From Pseudomonadota bacterium (GTDB taxonomy: Bacteria > Pseudomonadota > Gammaproteobacteria > Xanthomonadales > Xanthomonadaceae): a stretch of 64,000 nt of DNA. The translations under genes were made by a program, and so were the position numbers. This document shows, piece after piece, positions 56,636-64,000 of this stretch; position 1 is the stretch's first letter; every line of letters begins with the position of its first letter. The notes below the pieces were generated by a model. It saw only the letters and a program-made list of their open reading frames with translations, was not told the DNA's origin and did not search any database. Where the stretch lies: NCBI GenBank assembly GCA_018240435.1, contig JAFEFT010000002.1, positions 35,262-99,261 of the forward strand. The letters run 5' to 3'.

Positions 56636-57124
56636 TCACAACTCCAGCAGATAAAAACGGTCGCAGCCACGATGCCCGGTGGCGCCCATCGGGTCTGCGA
56701 TGCGGTTGAAGCCGAAGCGTTCGTACAGACGCATCGCCGCGTCCATGCCGCGCAGGGTTTCGATGTAGCACCGACGAAAGCCTTGCAGGCGGGCGGTGTC
56801 GAGGCAGCGTTCCAGCAATGCGGCACCGGCGCCGAGGCCGCGCAGCTCGGGCAGGAAATACATCTTGCGCAGCTCGCACACGTCCTGCTCGGCGCCTTCG
56901 AGCGGGGCGATGCCGCCACCGCCACGCACCACGCCGTCTTTTTCGACCACGAAGTAGGCGCAACGCGGTGCCGCGTAGGCGCGGTGCATGTAATCCACTT
57001 CCGGATCGTTGATCGCGAATCCGTCCCCGCAAGCGCCGAATTCGGGCATCACGGCGCGAATGATGGCGGCGACGGTGGCGTTGTCGTCGAAATGGATGGG
57101 GCGGATGCAGAAGGATTCGGTCAT
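56636..57124 (-). CDS. GNAT family N-acetyltransferase
   Basis: This is the last 162 aa of track ORF 56636..57307 (MTESFCIRPIHFDD...). It has LRKMYFLPELRGLGAGAALLERCL (acetyl-CoA binding Q/RxxGxG/A). Its ATG overlaps the HMG-CoA lyase stop. Confidence 0.8.
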   Translation of the reverse strand: MTESFCIRPIHFDDNATVAAIIRAVMPEFGACGDGFAINDPEVDYMHRAYAAPRCAYFVVEKDGVVRGGGGIAPLEGAEQDVCELRKMYFLPELRGLGAGAALLERCLDTARLQGFRRCYIETLRGMDAAMRLYERFGFNRIADPMGATGHRGCDRFYLLEL

Positions 57125-58023
57125 GGCGGCGCGGTGCGGGCGCGGGTGACGCGGCTGGCGGTGTCCTTGTGCAGCTGCGCTGCCAGCCACGCGCCGGTGT
57201 CGATGAGTCGGTCGAGATCGATGCCGGTGACGATGCCCATGCCGTGCAGCATGTAGACGACATCCTCGCTGGCGACGTTGCCGCTGGCGCCCTTCGCATA
57301 CGGGCAACCGCCGGTGCCCGATACCGCCGAGTCGATCACCGCCACGCCTTCTTCGAGGCAGGCCAGGATGTTCGCCAGCGCCTGCCCGTAGGTGTCGTGG
57401 AAATGCACCGCCAGCGCGGCCATCGGCACCTCGTTTGCAACAGCCTTCAGCATCGCCTTCGCCTTGCCGGGAGTGCCGACGCCGATGGTGTCGCCGAGCG
57501 AGATTTCGTGGCAGCCCAGATCGTGCAGGCGACGCGCCACGCGCACCACGTCGGCCAGCGGCACCTCGCCTTGATAGGGGCAGCCGAGCACGGTGGAGAC
57601 GTAGCCGCGCACCTTCACGCCATCGGACTTGGCGCGCGCCAGCACCGGCTCGAAGCGGGCGATGGATTCGTCGATGCTGGCGTTGATGTTCTTGCGGCTG
57701 AAGGCTTCGGACGCTGCCGCGAACACCGCGATCTCGGTGACGCCGACCGCGCGTGCGCGCGCATAGCCTTGCTCGTTCGGCACCAGCACCGGATAGCTCA
57801 CGCCGGGCTTTTTGTTGATCGCGGAGAACACTTCAGCCGCGTCGGCGAGCTGCGGCACCCATTTGGGGCTGACGAAACTGGTGGCCTCGATGCTGCGCAA
57901 TCCGGTTGCCGACAGGCGGTCGATCAGCTCGATCTTGACCGCGGCAGGCAGCAGCGTCTTTTCGTTCTGCAAACCGTCGCGGGCGCCGACTTCGACGATG
58001 CGTACCTGCGAGGGCGTGGTCAC
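57121..58023 (-). CDS. liuE: hydroxymethylglutaryl-CoA lyase
   Basis: A 300-aa ORF with VRIVEVGARDGLQNE, ISLGDTIGVGTP, HFHDTYGQALAN and GGCPYAKGASGNVA motifs. Confidence 0.92.
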   Translation of the reverse strand: MTTPSQVRIVEVGARDGLQNEKTLLPAAVKIELIDRLSATGLRSIEATSFVSPKWVPQLADAAEVFSAINKKPGVSYPVLVPNEQGYARARAVGVTEIAVFAAASEAFSRKNINASIDESIARFEPVLARAKSDGVKVRGYVSTVLGCPYQGEVPLADVVRVARRLHDLGCHEISLGDTIGVGTPGKAKAMLKAVANEVPMAALAVHFHDTYGQALANILACLEEGVAVIDSAVSGTGGCPYAKGASGNVASEDVVYMLHGMGIVTGIDLDRLIDTGAWLAAQLHKDTASRVTRARTAPP

Positions 58024-58751
58024 GGTCGCGGCTCCCTCGGGTTGCGGCGAAATTCATATGCCGGTTGCGCCGCGAACACGATCAGCTGGCGAAACTGCGC
58101 CGGGTCGAGCGGGCCTTCGACGTGGATGGCGGTCTGCATGGCGCTGCCGGCATCGGCCGTGGTCGGGTGGCGGGTGATGGTCGCCGGCAACGATGCCGCC
58201 AGCAGGCGCCGGGCGCTGGCGTCGGCGTCGATCGGATACAGACGCAGGCGATCGTCGTCGATGGCATAGTGCAGCACGATGTAGTCGTGGATGGGCGGCG
58301 CCTGGCGATCATCGCCACCGTCGCCCGGCGGCGCATCACGCCCGGCCGGCGCGTGGGCGTCGTCGCCATCGGCCGCCTCGGCGTCGCCGGGTGCAGGTCG
58401 CATCGGTGGCGCGCCCTGATCGAGGTTGGCGGCGATCTGGCCACCATCCACCCAGGCCAGCGCGCCGGCCTCGTCGCGGCCGACGTGCAGGTCGATTGGG
58501 CCGATCAGGTGCATGCCATCGCCGTCGCGGCGGGTGACGACGAGCCGGCAACGGGCATCGATGCGCGCCTGTGTGCTGGCTGAGCGCTCGCGTGGATCGG
58601 TGCTGGCCGCCTGCAGCCAGTCGCCGGCCAGTCGTGCATCGCAAGCGGTTTCGGCCACCGGCGGGTAGGCGAGGGTGGAGGTTTCGCAGCCGGTCAGCAA
58701 CGCCGCGAGAATGAGCGGCAACGACGAAAACAGCGCAGTCTTTCGTTTCAT
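58020..58751 (-). CDS. hypothetical lipoprotein (paralog B) with an Asp/Pro/Gly-rich insert
   Basis: A 243-aa ORF with the lipobox LLTGC. It has 4-nt overlaps with both neighbouring genes. It shares CD....G.W, I.A.CR and DR..L motifs with the upstream paralog. Confidence 0.65.
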   Translation of the reverse strand: MKRKTALFSSLPLILAALLTGCETSTLAYPPVAETACDARLAGDWLQAASTDPRERSASTQARIDARCRLVVTRRDGDGMHLIGPIDLHVGRDEAGALAWVDGGQIAANLDQGAPPMRPAPGDAEAADGDDAHAPAGRDAPPGDGGDDRQAPPIHDYIVLHYAIDDDRLRLYPIDADASARRLLAASLPATITRHPTTADAGSAMQTAIHVEGPLDPAQFRQLIVFAAQPAYEFRRNPREPRP

Positions 58752-59458
58752 GGCATCGGCACACTCGGGTTCATCGACCCATCCCGCTGCAGGATCAGGA
58801 AGGGTTCGTCGGCGAAGAACTCGGGATGCTGCACGAGGATCTGGGTGATTTGCTCGGGCCCGCCGGCGATCAGGTTGTGGTAGGTCGGCACCTGCTTGTC
58901 GTCCCGTGCCGCGGCACGGGCCGCGATCAGGCCGGGTGGCACGGCCTGCGAACGGGTCTGGGTGCCGTTCACGTCGGTGCCCTGGGCTTCGATGCGCATT
59001 TCGGTGTAGCCGGACACGAGGTGTGCCTCCAGCGCTTCATGCACGCGGCGATGATCGGGCTTGAACAACTCGATGCGGTCGCCGTTGCGGACGTAACGCA
59101 TGAGGTCGATGCCGCAATGGGTGTTGCCGTCGCCGAAGCAGGATTTGTCGGCGTCGCCGGGATTGGCGAAGGTGACGAAGTCGCCGGCCCGGCTGCGGAT
59201 CACGCGCAGCACATGCGGTTCGGTCTGGGTCTTGTCGGCGTCGCTGAAGGTGAACTGCCGGCAATCGGCGGAGATGACCACGCGAGCGCTCTGCGCGGCC
59301 CGGCCCACGCCATGCTCGACCGCGCGCCAGGCGCCAGGCCAGGCCGGATCGCAGGTGGTTGCCGCTCCGGTCGGCAGCGATTCGACCAGGGTCATCGAGC
59401 AGCCGGGAAGCACGAGCAGCAGCCCGAGCAGCATCAGCAATCCCAGTGCGCGGGCCAT
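58748..59458 (-). CDS. hypothetical lipoprotein (paralog A)
   Basis: Taken from Met12 of track ORF 58748..59491 (MARALGLLMLLGLLLVLPGC, lipobox LPGC). It starts 4 nt after the liuD stop. Confidence 0.65.
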   Translation of the reverse strand: MARALGLLMLLGLLLVLPGCSMTLVESLPTGAATTCDPAWPGAWRAVEHGVGRAAQSARVVISADCRQFTFSDADKTQTEPHVLRVIRSRAGDFVTFANPGDADKSCFGDGNTHCGIDLMRYVRNGDRIELFKPDHRRVHEALEAHLVSGYTEMRIEAQGTDVNGTQTRSQAVPPGLIAARAAARDDKQVPTYHNLIAGGPEQITQILVQHPEFFADEPFLILQRDGSMNPSVPMP

Positions 59459-59462
59459 CGCC

Positions 59463-61457
<1,995 letters not shown>

Positions 61458-61520
61458 GAGTACACGTCTCGCCGCGCGATGGCGGCACCGTAGAGGGAAA
61501 TGGCGGCAGGCATCGCCGAT

Positions 61521-62336
61521 TCAGGCGTCCGGAATCGACGGCGCGGGCTCGCGCAGGATCCAGTTCGGCCGACGTTTGTCGAGAAAGGCCGCCAACCCCT
61601 CCTGGCCTTCCGGCGAGACGCGCAGATGGGCGATCAACTCGGCATTGGCGGCGTCGATGGCCTCGGCGTCGGCGTTGCCGGCGATACGGCGTACCAGCGC
61701 CTTGGCTTGCTTGACGGCGATCGGGCCGTTCTTGCGCAGCAAGTCGCACTGGTGCTGGACGGCTGCATCGAGGGCGTGCGGGGTGGCGGTTTCGTGGACC
61801 AAGCCGATCCGCCGGGCGGTATCGCCCTTGAAGATTTCCCCGCTCAGGAACCAGCGCCTCGCTTCGCGCGCGCCAATGGCGGCGATGACATATGGCGAGA
61901 TCACCGCCGGCACCAGGCCCAGCTTGACCTCGCTGAGCGCGAAGGTGGCCGTTTCCACGGCGACGGCGATGTCGCAGCAGGCGATCAGGCCGACGCCACC
62001 CCCGAAGGCGGCGCCGTTGATGCGCGCCACGGTCGGCTTGGCCAGGCCATCGAGGGTGCGCATCAGCTTGGCCAGGCGCAGGGCGTCGGCCCGGTTCTCC
62101 GCGGGATTGGCCTGCGCCATCTGGCGCATCCAGCCCAGATCGGCGCCGGCAGAAAAGCTGGCGCCGCTGCCGGTGAGCACCACCACGCGCACGCCATCGT
62201 CGGCCTCCAGCGTCGTCAGGGCGGTGGTGAGTTCGGCGATCAGAGCATCGTCGAAGGCGTTGTGTACCTCGGGCCGGGACAGGGTGATGCGGGCGATGCC
62301 GGACTCGCACTCCACATGCAATGCAGTCGGGGTCAT
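61521..62336 (-). CDS. liuC: enoyl-CoA hydratase family (methylglutaconyl-CoA hydratase)
   Basis: Taken from Met43 of track ORF 61521..62462 (MTPTALHVECESGIARITLSRPEVHNAF...). It has the GSGASFSAGADL and INGAAFGGGVGL crotonase motifs. Confidence 0.85.
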   Translation of the reverse strand: MTPTALHVECESGIARITLSRPEVHNAFDDALIAELTTALTTLEADDGVRVVVLTGSGASFSAGADLGWMRQMAQANPAENRADALRLAKLMRTLDGLAKPTVARINGAAFGGGVGLIACCDIAVAVETATFALSEVKLGLVPAVISPYVIAAIGAREARRWFLSGEIFKGDTARRIGLVHETATPHALDAAVQHQCDLLRKNGPIAVKQAKALVRRIAGNADAEAIDAANAELIAHLRVSPEGQEGLAAFLDKRRPNWILREPAPSIPDA

Positions 62337-62461
62337 GGCGGTCGATGAGCAGTGGGCGAAGGTGCATCGTAACCGTGAACGCCGCTGCCGTCGCGCGCGA
62401 CGGCGCAAGTGGCGGCAGCCGCGTCGGCAGGTCGGCGGTCGGTGGTCGGCGCCACCGCGCA

Positions 62462-62489
62462 TTGCAATCTAAACGAGAACGATTATACT
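62462..62489 (+). promoter_or_regulatory. putative sigma-70 promoter with an overlapping Fur-box-like sequence upstream of the FTR1 permease gene
   Basis: TTGCAA (62462-62467), a 16-nt spacer, then TATACT (62484-62489). CTAAACGAGAACGATTATA (62469-62487) matches 11 of 19 positions of the Fur consensus GATAATGATAATCATTATC. It is the only AT-rich patch in this spacer. Confidence 0.4.
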
Positions 62490-62552
62490 TTGCAGCCGAT
62501 GGATCGGCTCCGGCCCGTGCGGGCGACCGATCGCCTCGCGAGGACTGATTCG

Positions 62553-63386
62553 ATGATCGCAACCTTGCTGCTGGTGTTCCGGGAAGTGCTCGAAGCGGCG
62601 CTGGTGGTCGGCATCGTCGCCGCGGCGACCCGCGGCGTGGCCGGGCGTGGGCGCTGGATCGGCGGCGGCATCGCGCTCGGCGTCGCCGGCGCGGTGCTGG
62701 TGGCGCTGGGTGCCGGGCGCATCGCCGAGGCGCTGAGTGGTTCGGGCCAGGAGTGGTTCAACGCCTCGGTGCTGCTGGCGGCGGTGGCGATGCTCGGCTG
62801 GCACGTCGTGTGGATGGCCAAACATGGCCGCGAACTGGCGCGGCAGATGAAGGCCGTCGGGCACGACGTGATCTCCGGCGCGCGCCCGCTGACGGCGCTG
62901 ATGGCGGTGGTAGCGATCGCGGTGCTGCGCGAAGGCTCGGAGATCGTGCTGTTTGGTTACGGCCTGTTCGCCAGCGGATCGTCGGCCGGCGCGCTGGCGG
63001 TCGGCGCGGTGCTGGGCCTGCTGGCCGGTGTCGCGCTCGGCGTCGGCATGTATCTGGGTCTGCTGAAGATCCCGATGAAGTATTTCTTCAGTTCCACCAA
63101 TGGCCTGCTGGTGCTGCTGGCGGCTGGCATGGCCAGCAATGCCGCCAACTTCCTGATCCAGGCCGATGTCTTGCGGCATTGGACGCAGCCGCTGTGGAGC
63201 ACCGACTGGCTGCTCAGCGACGATTCCACGTTCGGCCGCGCCCTGCATGTGCTGATCGGCTATTCGTCGCAGCCTTGCGGCATGCAGGTGCTGTTCTACC
63301 TGACCACGCTGGCCTTGCTGCTGGCCGGGATGCGCTTTGCCGGTCGCGCTGGCGCGCCGCGGGCGGTCGTGGCCACGGCCGCCTGA
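62553..63386 (+). CDS. FTR1 family high-affinity iron permease
   Basis: Taken from Met49 of track ORF 62409..63386 (MIATLLLVFREVLEAALV...). It has two REXXE motifs (REVLE, REGSE) and 7 TM helices. Confidence 0.85.
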   Translation: MIATLLLVFREVLEAALVVGIVAAATRGVAGRGRWIGGGIALGVAGAVLVALGAGRIAEALSGSGQEWFNASVLLAAVAMLGWHVVWMAKHGRELARQMKAVGHDVISGARPLTALMAVVAIAVLREGSEIVLFGYGLFASGSSAGALAVGAVLGLLAGVALGVGMYLGLLKIPMKYFFSSTNGLLVLLAAGMASNAANFLIQADVLRHWTQPLWSTDWLLSDDSTFGRALHVLIGYSSQPCGMQVLFYLTTLALLLAGMRFAGRAGAPRAVVATAA

Positions 63387-63414
63387 TCCATCCGTCCTTC
63401 CATCGGGATCGCCC

Positions 63415-63741
63415 ATGTCGCGCCTGTTGCTCGCCCTCGCCCTGGCCCTCGCACCGCTGGCCGCCCACGCGGCGGACATGCCCGAGTTCACCCTGACCAT
63501 CCAGAACCATCGCTTCAGCCCGACCGAAGTGACCATTCCGGCCAACACCAGGGTCAAGCTGATCGTGGTCAACAAGGACGCGACCGCCGAGGAGTTCGAG
63601 AGCCACGAGCTCAATCGCGAGAAGATCGTCGCCGGCGGCTCGACCATCAACGTCTACGTCGGCCCGCTCAAGGCCGGGCGCTACCCGTTCTTCGGTGATT
63701 TCAACCAGGCCACCGCGCAGGGCGTGCTGATCGCGCGCTGA
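63415..63741 (+). CDS. periplasmic cupredoxin-like domain protein associated with FTR1 permeases
   Basis: This is the last 108 aa of track ORF 63337..63741. It has the signal peptide MSRLLLALALALAPLAAHA, then FTLTIQNHRFSPTEVTIPANTRVKLIVVNKDATAEEFESHELNREKIV...YPFFGDF. Confidence 0.75.
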   Translation: MSRLLLALALALAPLAAHAADMPEFTLTIQNHRFSPTEVTIPANTRVKLIVVNKDATAEEFESHELNREKIVAGGSTINVYVGPLKAGRYPFFGDFNQATAQGVLIAR

Positions 63742-63820
63742 CTGCCGCACTCCGCGAATGCCCACCTGCACCGGGTCGCAAGCCGATCCGGCACGCATCC
63801 ACTTTGTCCGGAAACGCCCC

Positions 63821-64000
63821 ATGACCCCGCAAGCCATGCGCAATCCCGTCATCGCCGCCTTGCTCGGCGCCAGTCACGCCGTTGCCGGCGCCGCCCACGC
63901 CGGCCCGGCCAGCAGCATCCACACTCCCGTCGTCGAAAACGGCGAGACCGAGTTCGAGTTGAAAAACGGCTGGCGCGAATTCGATGGCGGTCTGGAGGAA
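63821..64000 (+). CDS. secreted protein of unknown function; N-terminal fragment that runs off the window
   Basis: My own translation from ATG 63821 reads MTPQAMRNPVIAALLGASHAVAGAAHAGPASSIHTPVVENGETEFELKNGWREFDGGLEE, with a signal-peptide-like start and no stop before the window end. Confidence 0.4.
   Translation, partial: MTPQAMRNPVIAALLGASHAVAGAAHAGPASSIHTPVVENGETEFELKNGWREFDGGLEE

Overview
This is a very GC-rich proteobacterial chromosome segment. Gene order and repeat types look like Xanthomonadales (Lysobacterales), but I could not run a search to confirm. I call about 62 protein genes, one initiator tRNA, and several families of intergenic repeats. Most of the window is core housekeeping.

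Main blocks, in order:
- An ECF sigma factor, a BepA-like protease, grxC and icd.
- rnr-rlmB.
- The conserved fabD-fabG-acpP-fabF-pabB-pabC-mltG-tmk-holB-pilZ block.
- mutL.
- A long minus-strand kynurenine/2-aminomuconate catabolic operon (about 32.5-43.1 kb).
- asnS.
- A PAP2-like/CHASE2/M48 three-gene unit.
- rmuC.
- A partial leucine/isovalerate (liu) cluster.
- An FTR1-cupredoxin iron uptake locus.

No CRISPR array, prophage, integrase or classical defence island is visible.

Features that standard annotation does not explain:
1. Arrays of the purine heptamer GGACAGA begin exactly at the stop codon of three unrelated genes (icd, fabG and an SDR gene). They are always in sense orientation and share a GTGAGG junction.
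2. A small GIY-YIG nuclease gene is bracketed by perfect 28-bp inverted REP hairpins. It sits inside the kynurenine operon between kynU and kmo and is translationally coupled to kmo.
3. A HepT/MNT toxin-antitoxin pair is translationally coupled into the same operon.
4. A beta-carbonic anhydrase and an RnfB-like ferredoxin are also coupled into that operon.
5. Large composite palindromic tandem repeats (142, 72 and 108 bp units) occur at three places, and one of them supplies the C-terminus of a RidA ORF.
6. A CHASE2 sensor with an unrecognisable output domain overlaps an SH3-M48 peptidase gene.
7. Two tandem paralogous lipoprotein genes are wedged between liuD and liuE.
8. An ECF sigma factor is fused to a polytopic membrane domain.

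Many long Arg/Ala/Gly-rich ORFs in the track are antisense or off-frame shadows of real genes, and I rejected them. All functional calls rest on motif and family recognition by eye. No database search was possible.
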